Positions 48,411 to 59,675 of a stretch of 64,000 nucleotides of DNA are shown piece after piece. The DNA lies in assembly GCF_000143415.4 (NCBI RefSeq), contig NW_003314308.1, positions 372,001-436,000 of the forward strand, given 5' to 3'. Below the pieces are notes generated by a model that was not told where the DNA came from, did no database searches, and saw nothing but the letters and a program-made list of their open reading frames with translations. Numbering within the stretch: the stretch's first letter is position 1; each line of letters opens with the position of its first letter. Source of the DNA: Selaginella moellendorffii. Taxonomy: Eukaryota; Plantae; Lycopodiophyta. The translations under genes and the position numbers were made by a program.

Positions 48411-49884
48411 AACTAGTCAACTATGCTGACCATGGTTGACTTATTTGACTGGAATTTTGCACCTAAGGTCTTGGGTCCGGTCCTCGCTCCCTACGCAGTG
48501 ATGCTGCTTGATCTCATAGAGCGGCTTGTAGTGGCTTCCATAAAACGATCTCTGGAAGTGTGGCTCGTTGTAGTTGGCCTCGTTCATGTGGCTCCCAGAT
48601 CCAGGCGTGATATCGATCAACAAGCATTGTTGCCTCTCTCCTTTGTGATCTCGGAGCATTCACGAAGGCAATGACGAGCAACAGGGAATCTCTCAAGGCG
48701 GGATTAACTGCGTTGTTGCGAAGCACCGAGACTTGGCCGCCAGCGATGACGCAGCCCAGGATTGGAACCTGAAAGTCGAGAGGTATCGTCAGGAGTGCTC
48801 GAGAAGCTTTGGCTGGGCAAAGTTGGGACGAGACGTGAAGCTGGAAGAACTGGATATCACAGTTTGGATTGATGATTTTGTAGAGGGATGTATAGGATTG
48901 GAAAGAATAGTGTGTCTGAATCTGGCTGTGCTGGAAGCCGAGGAGAGAACTCAAGCTGGAGCGAGCCTTGTTTGGAAGTACGTATCTCAAGGGGGGAGAA
49001 GTTTCTGATATCGAAAAAACCAGACCAGCCATGAGATGAAAGCTCCGGATGCACCCGCGCAAACTCCTCGACGAGCGTCTCAAAGCTTGGGCGATCTTCG
49101 GCAGTCAAGTCACGCTTGAAAAGATTGTGTTCTCGAAACTGTAAGTGAGTGAAACCACGACTCTCCGCCGCCACCTCTGAGAGCCCAAAAGAGATCCTCG
49201 TTCTGGCACTTGTTCGCCACCTTTCGCTTCCCATCAGCCGTCACGACTTGGAGCTCCACAACATTGTCGGAAACGCTGGAGCGAGCAAGCGCCCACAATC
49301 TCGCGCCTGTGCTCCATCGCCGCCACGTAGAGCGGTTCCAAGTCCGATCGCCACATACGCCGCTGGATCTCGCCCTCGATCACAGCCAAGATCACCGTGA
49401 GAGCGCACCTCTTGCAAGTGATGCATCCAAATGCTGAGCGCTCCCCTCGCAGTGCTCCTTCCACTGTAGTCGAAAGCCTCCACCTGGGAGACTTGACTAA
49501 CATTGACCGCGTAGACCGGCACTGACCCTTGCTCGCGAGCCGGGATCGCGCCAATTCTCGGTGGCGAGCTCGCAGAGACGATGGTTGTAGTGGGGATCGT
49601 GATGAGCCGGCCTGGCCTTGAAGATCTTCCAGTCGCAATCGTGGGGCCGTGGCTAGAGATCCCGGGCTTGGCGAGGCGCTGGAAATCGCCAAGAGCAATG
49701 TTAGTAGGAGTGGAGCCATTGCTGGTCTAGCTAGATTGTGATCACTGTCTATTTTATTTCGCGGGAGTGATTAAGATCGTTCTCCGATCACATGGGTTGT
49801 CTTTGGAATCTTTACAGATTGACAGCCAAGGAAGCAAGAAAACGAATTCATGGATCTATACTTTTTGCGAGCTCGACTGTTGTT
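48411..49884 (-). pseudogene. Inverted, deletion-riddled copy of the FAD oxidoreductase locus (source ~45620-47635)
   Basis: Remnants [35 protein letters not shown] and DITPGSGSHMNEANYNEPHF. Also copies the promoter and the last codons of the upstream PPR gene. Confidence 0.92.
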
Positions 49885-49953
49885 GGCAGCATTTGCCCAG
49901 AATGGGCATTTGGGGGAGGCATAGATTTTGCTGCGAGAGATCATCGATGATCA

Positions 49954-51669
49954 TCAAGTTCTACTCGCCAAGTTCGTCACAAGTGCGTAAGCTGCCGCAT
50001 CTTCATTCACCACAGCCAAATTCTCGAAGGCCATCTTTCCGAGAGCCACATTTTCCCACTTGTGACAAGCACCCAGCACGGTCTTCCACGCCACCGGAGT
50101 GACTCCATCGCTACTACGATCCACCATTGCTTTGGACACCGTCGCCACGGCGAGATCCATCTCGTTACTCCGTCCCAGGCCGTCAACCAGGCAATTGTAG
50201 TGCTGCGAGCTCGGCGAAACTCCAAACTTGGAGCTCATGATCTCCAAGAACTCCGAGCACAGTCTTACATCACCGGCGTGGCTGCAAGCAGAGAGGATGT
50301 GCACGAAAGTTATGGCGTTCGCTGCTAGCCCCTCGTCGATCATCCTGTGGAACAACCCCACCACCGTGCGAGCGTCACCTCTCCTGCTGAATCCCGCCAT
50401 CAAAGAGTTCCAAGTTACCGGATCTCTCGCCTCCATGGCCGAGTCGAAGACGAACTGGGCGTTTTGCAAGCTTCCACACTTGCCGTAGACGTCGACGAGG
50501 CTGTTTGCTACGACGGTGTTGGCCTCGAAGCCGGACCTCGCGACGTGAGCATGGAGAAGCTTGCAAACTTCCGTCGATGGAACGCAGGAGCCACAGGCCT
50601 TGAGAGCTGCGACGAGAGTGAAAACATCCGGCTCGACTTGCTGCTCGCGTTTCATCCTGGAGAAGAGCTCCAGTGCCATGCCGGGGTCACCGGTTTCTAC
50701 ACACCCGAGTATGATCGAGTTCCACGAGACCACGTCGCGGCGAAAAGTCTCGAAAACCCGGCGAGCGTCGTCCAGGCTTCCACACGCTGCGTACGAATCC
50801 ACCAGGCCGTTGTGGAGGATGCCATCCGAGCTGAAAAACCCGGCCTTTGCTGCTCGAGAGTGAATCGCCATGACCATCTCCAGGCTCCTCACTTTGACGA
50901 TCTTTCCAGCGGCGAGCTCGCCATCTTCTCTCGATGCGAGACCGACGCAAGCTTTGAGAGCAGCACTGAAAGTCCGGCCGTTCGGTTCGCAGGCTTCTTC
51001 GATCCGAGAGAAAGCCACCAAAGCCGATTCTTCCATCCGATTCTCCGCGAAGCCGAGAATGATCGTGTTCCAAGACACCACGTCTCGGCATCGCATTCTC
51101 GAGAAGACCCTGTAAGCGTCGTCCATGCTTCCACACCTCGAGTACATGTCCACCAGCGCGTTTGCCACGAACAAGTCGGAGTCGAAGCTTTCCACTCGAG
51201 CTTGGCGGTGGAAAGCCATGCCTTTCTCCAAGCTCCTCATCTTGACCACCGAGTTTCTTCCTCCATCCTTGCTCCATCTCTCTTCTCTAGCCGCCAGACC
51301 AGAGCAGGCCTTGAGCAGCGCCACGAAAGTCCGAGCGTTTGGAGCACAGCCACCTGCGAGCATTCGATGGAAGAGCTCAAAGACTTGGATTTCTTGCTTG
51401 GACTCTACGTACCCGAGCATCAGGGCGGTCCAGGAGACGACGTTGGGAGCGCGAATTTTGTCCAGGGCTCTGCGAGCATCCACCAGACCTCCACACCTCG
51501 CGTAGGCGTGGACGATCTTGCTCGCAATGTAGACGTTTGCGTCCATTCCACTCTGGATGGCGGCAAGGTGGGCTTCTCTCGCCATCCAAAGGCTTTTGGA
51601 GCTGATAGAGCCATCGAGCGCCGCGAGCAAGGCGCAAAATTTCGAGCTTGCGCTCGTTCTTCCCTCCAA
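49954..51669 (-). CDS. PLS-class PPR protein with extended L motifs and an E domain
   Basis: VDMYSRCGSMDDAYRVF..DVVSWN repeats and E tail VAWKTVLGACHKW..AYALVTNL. Confidence 0.9.
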   Translation of the reverse strand: MEGRTSASSKFCALLAALDGSISSKSLWMAREAHLAAIQSGMDANVYIASKIVHAYARCGGLVDARRALDKIRAPNVVSWTALMLGYVESKQEIQVFELFHRMLAGGCAPNARTFVALLKACSGLAAREERWSKDGGRNSVVKMRSLEKGMAFHRQARVESFDSDLFVANALVDMYSRCGSMDDAYRVFSRMRCRDVVSWNTIILGFAENRMEESALVAFSRIEEACEPNGRTFSAALKACVGLASREDGELAAGKIVKVRSLEMVMAIHSRAAKAGFFSSDGILHNGLVDSYAACGSLDDARRVFETFRRDVVSWNSIILGCVETGDPGMALELFSRMKREQQVEPDVFTLVAALKACGSCVPSTEVCKLLHAHVARSGFEANTVVANSLVDVYGKCGSLQNAQFVFDSAMEARDPVTWNSLMAGFSRRGDARTVVGLFHRMIDEGLAANAITFVHILSACSHAGDVRLCSEFLEIMSSKFGVSPSSQHYNCLVDGLGRSNEMDLAVATVSKAMVDRSSDGVTPVAWKTVLGACHKWENVALGKMAFENLAVVNEDAAAYALVTNLASRT

Positions 51670-51883
51670 TCGCTGTGATTTCGTGTTGTTTGTAAGCTCC
51701 CCGCTGCTATGGCAAGAACATGAAGGAATTTCGCGCTTCCACAGAATGGAAATCGATCAGTCGCGAGCTCCACAGTGTGAATTGAGAGGTTTACCTGCTG
51801 GATCGAGAAATACGACATCGATGCCAAAATCCCCAAGAACCCTAAAATATTGTTCTTTCCCTTCATTAGGGTTTATCGGGATC

Positions 51884-53645
51884 ATGCGGGATGCGCCTTC
51901 GTTCCGCGCTTCCGCGATCTTCATTGCGGCCGTCGCCGTGCTGATTCGTCTTCTCACAGGCCTCCATTCGTATTCTGGTCAGTTTTCTCGCGAAGAAATC
52001 TCGCTTCTTGAATCGGATCTCTTCCAGGCGCTGGAAATCCTCCCAAGTATGGAGATTACGAAGCGCAGCGGCACTGGATGGAGCTAACGATCAACCTGCC
52101 CGTCTCGGACTGGTACCGCAACACTACTGACAACGATCTTGGCTACTGGGGCCTGGATTATCCTCCTCTCACGGCCTACCAGAGCTACATACATGGAGTT
52201 TTCATGCGAAAGTTTGACGAGCAGTCGGTTGCATTGCATTCTTCCAGAGGCTATGAATCTCTCCACAGGTATGTCATGCTCTAGTTGCGCTTCTCCTTTT
52301 CATTTCTCTAACTTGCAAGTCTGGGCAGCAAGGTTCTCATGCGATGGACTGTGGTGTTATCGGACCTTGCTATTTTTTTCCCGGCAGCTATAGCTTTCGT
52401 TGCGGCTTATTATCGCCAGAGAAGTCATGAAGAGCGTGTCTGGGTTCTAGCGCTTATTCTGTTGCAACCGGCTCTGATATTGATCGATCACGGACACTTT
52501 CAGGTTCTCTTCTTCCGCACTCTTGTTTCTAAGTTTTCTGGCATTGCGTTCTTCCAGTATAACTGTCTGAGCCTGGGATTGGCGATTGGTGCCGCGGCAG
52601 CAGTCATTTCAAGGTGGGAGATAGTAGCGTGTGTTTTATTTTCATTGTCGCTTAATCACAAGCAGGTAAAGCCGACTATAGCTCAACAAATTCTCATGAA
52701 TGCGTACTTTTGCAGATGAGCATGTATTACGCTCCCGCGTTCTTTTCGCATCTCCTGGGGATTTCTTTGAGAAAGAAGTATCCGGTGCTGAATGTTTTGA
52801 AGCTTGGAGCTGCCGTTTTATCGACTTTTGCTCTTTGCTGGTGGCCATTTTTGCATTCCAGAGAAGCAGTATTACAGGTAATCAAACCATCGGTAATACC
52901 CGTGCTTTACATGTTTCTACACAGGTTCTGAGTCGCCTGGTTCCAATCCATCGGGGATTGTTTGAGGACTACGTGAGCAATTTTTGGTGTGTTTCTAACC
53001 TGCTCATAAAGTGGAAACAGCTGCTCCCAGATCGAGTGCTTGTTCAGCTTGCGTTCGTCGCCACTTTGGCCTGTATACTGCCGTCTATGCTTCAGCAGAT
53101 ACTCAGGCCAAGCAGGAGAGGCTTCCTCCTGGCGATGTTCAATTGCTCGTTTGCCTTCTATTTCTTCTCTTACCAAGGTGACTATCTTCGATTGGTATTT
53201 TGTACCGCTGACTTGCTAAAGCTTTTGGTTGTCAGTGCACGAGAAATCTATTCTTCTTCCTGTAATTCCGGGAACGCTTCTCGCTTTAGACGAGCCACTC
53301 GTTTGGAGATGGCTGATACCAGGTGCACTCATGTCCATGTTCCCTTTGCTCGTTCGAGATGGTCTCCTGCTCCCATATTTCGCGTTGCTGCTGCTCTTCT
53401 TCCTCGGTTTTGTTCCACTCAGGAGTTTCAACCCAGTAGCAGCATCCTCACTGCTTGGTGGCTTCGTTCTTCATCTCGCTTATCTGCTGCTGGATCCACC
53501 TGCGAGATACCCATACCTTTTTGAGGCTTTTATTGCAACCTACACATTCGCATACTTCGCCGCGATCTTTCTGTACACAAACTACCGCCAGTGGTCCAGG
53601 AGTCGAGTTTTATCGTCGACACAAAAACGGAAAAAGAAAGTATGA
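51884..53645 (+). CDS. ALG6: Dol-P-Glc:Man9GlcNAc2-PP-Dol alpha-1,3-glucosyltransferase
   Basis: YGDYEAQRHWMELT, YWGLDYPPLTAYQS, LIDHGHFQYN, NHKQM and VHEKSILLP, plus a C-terminal KKK ER-retrieval motif. Confidence 0.95.
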
Positions 53646-54054
53646 GTTGACACAGGTACGCTTTATCTAGAATTTCCTGCATGTACTGACATTAGTTTTG
53701 TAGTACTAACTGAAGATGAGCGCTTCTTAAGCCGTTGTTTCCTTCCGCGTCAATTTGGTAGGGACGCGTCTTAATAGCAGTTTCCTTTTCGTCTCCAATC
53801 CGGCATGAATAGGTCGGTTCTCTGTGGATCCTTTGTCCCTGCCCTTCTTTCTCAAGTTGCATCCTTGACTTTGTTTTAGAATAACAGCAAGCAAATGCCT
53901 GATCGTGTCGTCTGAGTTAGCTGTCCCCTTCTCGGTTCCGTCTTTCTCTTGAGACGGCGCTTTCTCTACGACTTTGCTCACAATGGTGTTCTTCATCCTC
54001 CATGGTTATTCTCCTCTTCGGTTCCTCTTCTGAATTGCATTCACTCCTATCAGC

Positions 54055-56088
54055 ATGCAGGCTTTTTTAGTCCTCCTTTTCAATCTCGCTTTCGCGAGTT
54101 CCCTGGATTTTAGAATTATTCACAGATACTCGGATGAGGCAAGGGGGCTCTTGGGTCTAGGAGAAGAGCCAGCTCCTCCGGTGAGAGGCAGCTTAGATTA
54201 CCACAGGCTGCTGCTCAAGCACGACCTGTCAAAGCACGGCCGAGAGCTGCTCACTGGCAACGACAGTCTAGCGCTACTGCAAGGCAATTATACTGAGGAT
54301 CTGGGACCGAGGTTCGGAGGGTAAGGTAGACGATCTCTGAAAGTTTTTCATTATCCAATCGAATTCGCTTCTCTTCTCACAAATCTGTTGCTTTCAGAAT
54401 TCACTACACGTTTGTGGATATAGGCACTCCAAATGTTTCTTTTCTGGTGGCACTTGACACTGGGAGTGACTTGTTTTGGGTTCCCTGCGACTGTAAGCAC
54501 TGCCAGTCCGTTTCTCCATCGGAGTTTCCCACTTTGGTATGTGTTTCACTAGAAATTGTTCTTGAAGGTTTGACCGTGCCTTTCAGAAGAAGAGGCTTAC
54601 ATACTTCACAACAAACAGTTCGACGACCAACAAGCTACTCACTTGTGGCGACAAGGCTTGCTCCAGCAGCTCGTGCACCGGCAACTCCTCAGTCTGTCCA
54701 TACACGGTTAGATATCTTTCAGAGAACACTTCTACCTCAGGAAAACTAGTGGAGGATGTGATTCACCTTTTCAAGCCATCGACAAGCTCTGCCATTACTG
54801 CCAGAATCATTTTTGGGTGAGGATGTTTTCCATTCTTCAGAGCTTTTCTTGACTATTTGCAGCAAACAGGTGTGGGGAGCAGCAAACGGGATTGTTTCTA
54901 CGTGGTGGTGCTCCCAATGGACTCCTGGGATTGGGGCCGGGAGACGTGTCGCTCCCAAGCATGCTCGCCAAAGACGGTCTCATAAACGACACATTTTCAA
55001 TGTGCTTTGACACCGATGGATCGGGACGGATTCTTTTCGGTGATCGGGGAGCTAAATCGCAGCAAACCACTTCCTTCATTCCAAACTCTGGCGTTAAGTA
55101 AGTGATAGTTGAGTTTTCCTTTTTGAGCCAGCTGCGATGAAACATTCTGCAGAAGTGCGTACGATGTTGGTATTGAACAGTTTACTGTTGGCACGCGAAA
55201 CATCACTTTTAGAAGCTTCAATGCACTCTTTGATACCGGGACAACGTTGACGTACCTTCAGTCCGATGCCTACCAGCGTGTGACAGAAGCAGTAAGGCCA
55301 GTTTAAAACTTTGTTTTTGTGTGCCAAACATTCTCCTGGTGACGCAGTTCGACAGCCAGATCAATCTCAGAAGAATAACAAACGTGGACTTGTCTCCTTA
55401 TGAGTATTGCTACCGATTGAAGTTAGTCTTTGTTTGAGTTTAATCTTTCGAGCCGGTCTCACACAGACTTGTGTTTGTCATGCAGCGGCAACGAAGATAC
55501 AGTAACAGACATTCCAGCACCATCATTGTCGCTAACATTTCAAGGAGGAGGGAATTTTTCTGTGGTAGATCCTCTGGTGTTGGTCATCGGCTCGGACGTA
55601 AGTTATCTCTCGGTGCTTTGTTTAAACGAAAACTCAAATCCATTCGTGGCTTGCAGAGTAGAGTACTAGGATTTTGTTTAGCAGTTCTCGAGAGCAACTT
55701 TCCCATCATCGGCCGTAAGTACTGCGTTTTCGCTAGAATCAAGCTGAGAAAACCTTGCGTACTGCGCAGAGAACTTCATGGGAGGCTACAGATTCGCTTT
55801 CGATCGGGAGCGTTCGACGCTGGGATGGTCGCCCGCCAATTGTAAGTGTTCGCTCCATCTTCTCCAAGTTTAAGCTCTTGCTCGGCTTTGTCTCGCACAG
55901 GCTATCATTTGGAAGACGGGGCATCGTTCGAGCACACTCCATCGCCGATCAATCAACCCGTCTCCCAGAATCGAAACGACAACAGTCCATTCCTCAAGCC
56001 TCCACAGCAGGAGGCCGCCGCGAGTTTTGGTATCACCCAAACTTCCAGCGTTTTCGTCGTTCTATTCTTCCTGTTCATCCTATTTTGA
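54055..56088 (+). CDS. A1 (pepsin-like, atypical) aspartic protease with hydrophobic, GPI-like tail; multi-exon
   Basis: Signal peptide, IGTPNVSFLVALDTGSDLFWVPCDC, second motif ALFDTGT, IIG/ENFMGGYRFAFDRE and a hydrophobic C-terminus. Confidence 0.92.
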
Positions 56089-56412
56089 AAAATTGGATAT
56101 TCTATCGAGATTGATCTATATCCGTTGGATCCAACCTAGCCTTATCAAGGGCTGGGATGTTCTCTGACCGCTCTGACCAACCAGTCAACAATGTGTGGTG
56201 GACGAGGTTTGGTGGGTTAGTGAGGAATGACGTCGCGATTTAGGGTTCTTCAGGCGTGCCTCGCGTGTTCCTCGTGAGATCTTCCATCGCCAAGCTCAAT
56301 CGAGGTAGCAAACCGTAATTCCATCCTCTTCTAAGGCCCTCGTAGCTACATTCATCGATTCATTCTCATCTTTCCTTGCTCCTGTGCCAGGGCAAGCCGC
56401 AGAGGAGGAGCT

Positions 56413-57366
56413 ATGGCGCCAGCGACGTCCCTGGAGAAGCCGGCCTACTACTGGGGCGACGAGATCTCCCCGGACGACTTCTACGCGCAGCAAGGCGTGC
56501 GCCACGCCGAGTCCCACTACACCACGCCGCACGGTACGCTCTTCACGCAGTCCTTCCTCCCGCTGGACGCCGCCGCCGCGCCGCGCGCTCTCATCTTCCT
56601 CACCCACGGCTATGGCAGCGACAGCGGCTGGCTCTTCCAGTCCATCGCCATCACGCTCGCCCAGTGGGGATTCGCGGCCTACTGCGCGGACCTCCTGGGC
56701 CACGGCCGCTCCGACGGCCTCCACGGCTACGTGTGGGACGTGGACGCCTTCGCCGACGCAAACCTCCGCTACTTCCACTCCATCCGCGACAAGCCCGAGT
56801 TCTCGGGCCTCAAGAAGTTCCTGTTTGGCGAGTCCATGGGTGGCGGCCTCACGCTCCTCATGTGCTTGAAGGATCCAAAGGGCTGGGATGGAGTGATCGT
56901 GACGGCGCCGCTCATCGTCATCCCGGAGCTCATGCAGCCGTCGAAGCTCCACCTGTTTGGATACGGGCTGCTGCTCGGCCTGGCCGAGTCGTGGGCGGTG
57001 ATGCCCGAGAACAACATCGTGCGCAAGGCGATCAAGGATCCGGCGCGGGGGAAGCTCATCGCGTCCAACCCGAGGAGGTACAAGGGGAAGCCGAGGGTGG
57101 GGACGATGAGGAACCTGGCGAGGATGTGCGAGTACTTGCAGAAGAATGTGGAGAAGATCGAGATGCCGCTGCTGACGCTCCATGGGACGTCGGACGTGGT
57201 GGCGGAGACGGAGGGCAGCCGGATCTTGTATGACAAGGCCAAGTCGCAGGACAAGACGATCAAGATCTACGAGGATTACTATCACTCGCTGCTGCAAGGG
57301 GAGCCCGAGGAGGCGCGCGCGGTGGTGTACGGGGACATCAAGCAGTGGCTGGACGATCACTGCTAG
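56413..57366 (+). CDS. CSE: Caffeoyl shikimate esterase (alpha/beta hydrolase), intronless
   Basis: LFTQSFLPLD, HGYGSD, ADLLGHGRSDG, FLFGESMGG, PSKLHLFGYGLL, NPRRYKGKPRVGTMR and YHSLLQGEP are collinear with CSE/LysoPL2. Confidence 0.88.
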   Translation: MAPATSLEKPAYYWGDEISPDDFYAQQGVRHAESHYTTPHGTLFTQSFLPLDAAAAPRALIFLTHGYGSDSGWLFQSIAITLAQWGFAAYCADLLGHGRSDGLHGYVWDVDAFADANLRYFHSIRDKPEFSGLKKFLFGESMGGGLTLLMCLKDPKGWDGVIVTAPLIVIPELMQPSKLHLFGYGLLLGLAESWAVMPENNIVRKAIKDPARGKLIASNPRRYKGKPRVGTMRNLARMCEYLQKNVEKIEMPLLTLHGTSDVVAETEGSRILYDKAKSQDKTIKIYEDYYHSLLQGEPEEARAVVYGDIKQWLDDHC

Positions 57367-57740
57367 AAAACCTCCGAGGATGACGAAGCATCTGTAGAAG
57401 TATATTCCTTGCCTGGAGAATATTCTAAGCATATTCGATTTATTTAAAAAAAATTAAGATTTCCATTAGTTGCTCAATGCACATTCGCCGAGAAAAAGAG
57501 AGTGCCAGGACACTGGCACCTGAGGTGTGACTGGGTGTGTCCACTTCGCTCCATCAATGCGAAGCTATTGTGCTTATCATCATCGTTTAGCAGAGAATTG
57601 GACGAAAGAAAAGAGAAATTCACGAGCCAGCGATTCAAGAACAACACAGAGTGGAAAGTTTGATCCAGGCGACGATGAGAAACATGGGTAAGTTCTCCCT
57701 CCCTGTAGCGAACCCAGTCCTCTAGGCCGATACCACGACC

Positions 57741-58424
57741 ATGAATGGCAATGGATTCAGCAGCTCCAGCAGGAAGAAGCCCGCAATTGAGATTGGCAAC
57801 CCCTCGCCATCGCCGGCCAGCAGCAGCGAGCAGCAGACGGATGATCGCCACAGCACAGCCACTCCCGCCGGGGATGAGCTCGGGCGAATCTTCGCCGTCT
57901 CCACCCTCGACACCGCCATCCACTCGCTCCAATCCATCGTCCAGTTCCATTTCGACAAGACGATCCAGAAGAAGCGCGGCATCGACGCCCAGAAGAAGCA
58001 GCTCTGGGCCCTCCTCGCCGCCTTCCTCGTCTTTCTGGCGCTCCTCTTCGCCAGCGTCGCCGCCACCCCTCCCGGCCGCCTCCAGTGCCGCCACTGCTGG
58101 TCTCCCATTGCGCTCGCCTCGCTCGGCCACGCCGTGATCTACGCCGCGGTGTCGCAGACTGTGCGCGTCCTCAATGGCCTCAAGTTCCAGCGCCACTGCC
58201 ACAAGCTCACGCTGGGGCTCGCCGCCGCCAAGCTCGCCAAGCTCCGGGCTCTGCCCAGATCGCTGGTGGCCACCGTGGAGGACTGCGAGTTTGAGGTGCC
58301 GTACCAGGAGCCCGTGGCGTCGTACTACGCTAAGTTCACGAGGAGGTGGGCGGTTTACGCGGCGTTCTTGCTGCTCACGCTCGCCACCATGGTTGCCTCC
58401 ACGGTTACCATCTTGTGCCTGTGA
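57741..58424 (+). CDS. Conserved plant membrane protein of unknown function
   Basis: Intronless GC-rich ORF with three hydrophobic segments and motifs RLQCRHCW, QRHCHKLTLGLA and FEVPYQEP. Confidence 0.75.
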   Translation: MNGNGFSSSSRKKPAIEIGNPSPSPASSSEQQTDDRHSTATPAGDELGRIFAVSTLDTAIHSLQSIVQFHFDKTIQKKRGIDAQKKQLWALLAAFLVFLALLFASVAATPPGRLQCRHCWSPIALASLGHAVIYAAVSQTVRVLNGLKFQRHCHKLTLGLAAAKLAKLRALPRSLVATVEDCEFEVPYQEPVASYYAKFTRRWAVYAAFLLLTLATMVASTVTILCL

Positions 58425-58679
58425 TCGAGGAGAGAGTCTTTCGAAATCTTGATTGAGTGGCTTGAATATTCACAATCCTGGATCTCCGTTGACTAAATGA
58501 AGTCAAACCAGTCAGCTGGAGAAAAGTATCCATTGGTTGGACCGTAACAGGATGAACTTTATCTCCGCATTAATCTCCAGGAGGAGAAGACAAGCCATCT
58601 GTGCCTGAATTGCTGCATTGACTAAGCTTGTGGGGGGGACATCCATTCTCGCTGGCTGTGACATCGCAAGCTCTTCAAG

Positions 58680-59640
58680 GCGCGAAATCGTTTTCGTGGA
58701 TTTTTATGGTAAGTTTGTGGTCTCTGATTTAAAGGTGCCAATGGCGGTATAAAGCGGTGAGCTCGATTTTTTGTTCTAGTCGCTTCGTTTTTTTTCCTGG
58801 TCTCGAGTGCTGATTTTTGTTTTAGTCGCTTCGTCTTTCCTGGTCTCGGGTGAGAATCCCGTTCATCGCATTGCAAGTCCTTCGGTTCGATCATCCTCAT
58901 GATAGCTGCGACGACTTTTCCCACAAGCCGTCCTAAACACGACTCCCTTCGCCAGATGTTTCAGAATTTCCAAGTGTCTCTACTTGAAATGCTTTCGTGC
59001 CCGCTGGAGAAAAGGAAGCACAAAGAAAGCTCTAGTCATGGAGGGCCGGTAGGTTCATGACACTGACAACATCTCCTTTATGTCTTTCCAGGGGCACACG
59101 ACAAAGTTGATGTTCCTTCTAAAGAAGGAACTGTGAGCTGTTGCAGCGGAGCTAAGTGTTGTTCCAGAGATTGCCACTGCCATCACCATGTTGCTCAAAG
59201 TTAATGTTGCTCAAAGGCAACTTTGAACAACATGGTGAATGCAGTAGCAATCTCTGGAACGAAGAGAAAGCTCCCACAATCCAGAACATATCGTCCCCAG
59301 GGTAAGTGGTCATCTTCAAATTTACTGGCTAGAAGAAAGCTCGTTAATTGCAGAGATATGCGTGCGCTCTTGCGAGGTGGAAGAACACCGGCAGGAAATA
59401 CACGAGGAAATCCAGCCTCTGCCTCAGTCTTTTATTGAGATTTTCTTTTTTTTGGAGTTTCTTTTTCCGCGGCTCTATGAAACGTGCAGCTGCAGCAAAC
59501 TTTTAGCACGATTCACAGAACCGTTGAGATCGTTTATATTTCATCTTCCAGAGAAGCAAAGGAGAAAATCTTCAAAAGCCTGTTCATCTCAGGAGTAGAG
59601 AGTGGAATTCTCCAAAAGACATTGGTGTGGTCAAGGACAA
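58680..59640 (+). pseudogene. Inverted diverged copy of orphan gene X
   Basis: Reverse complement of ~9380-10240 (cgatcatcctcatgatagc, caaaggcaactttgaacaaca, gtaagtggtca..ttgcag). The ATG equivalent is lost. Confidence 0.75.
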
Positions 59641-59675
59641 TTGGGATCACTCAAGCTCTAAACGAAGTAAGTCGA

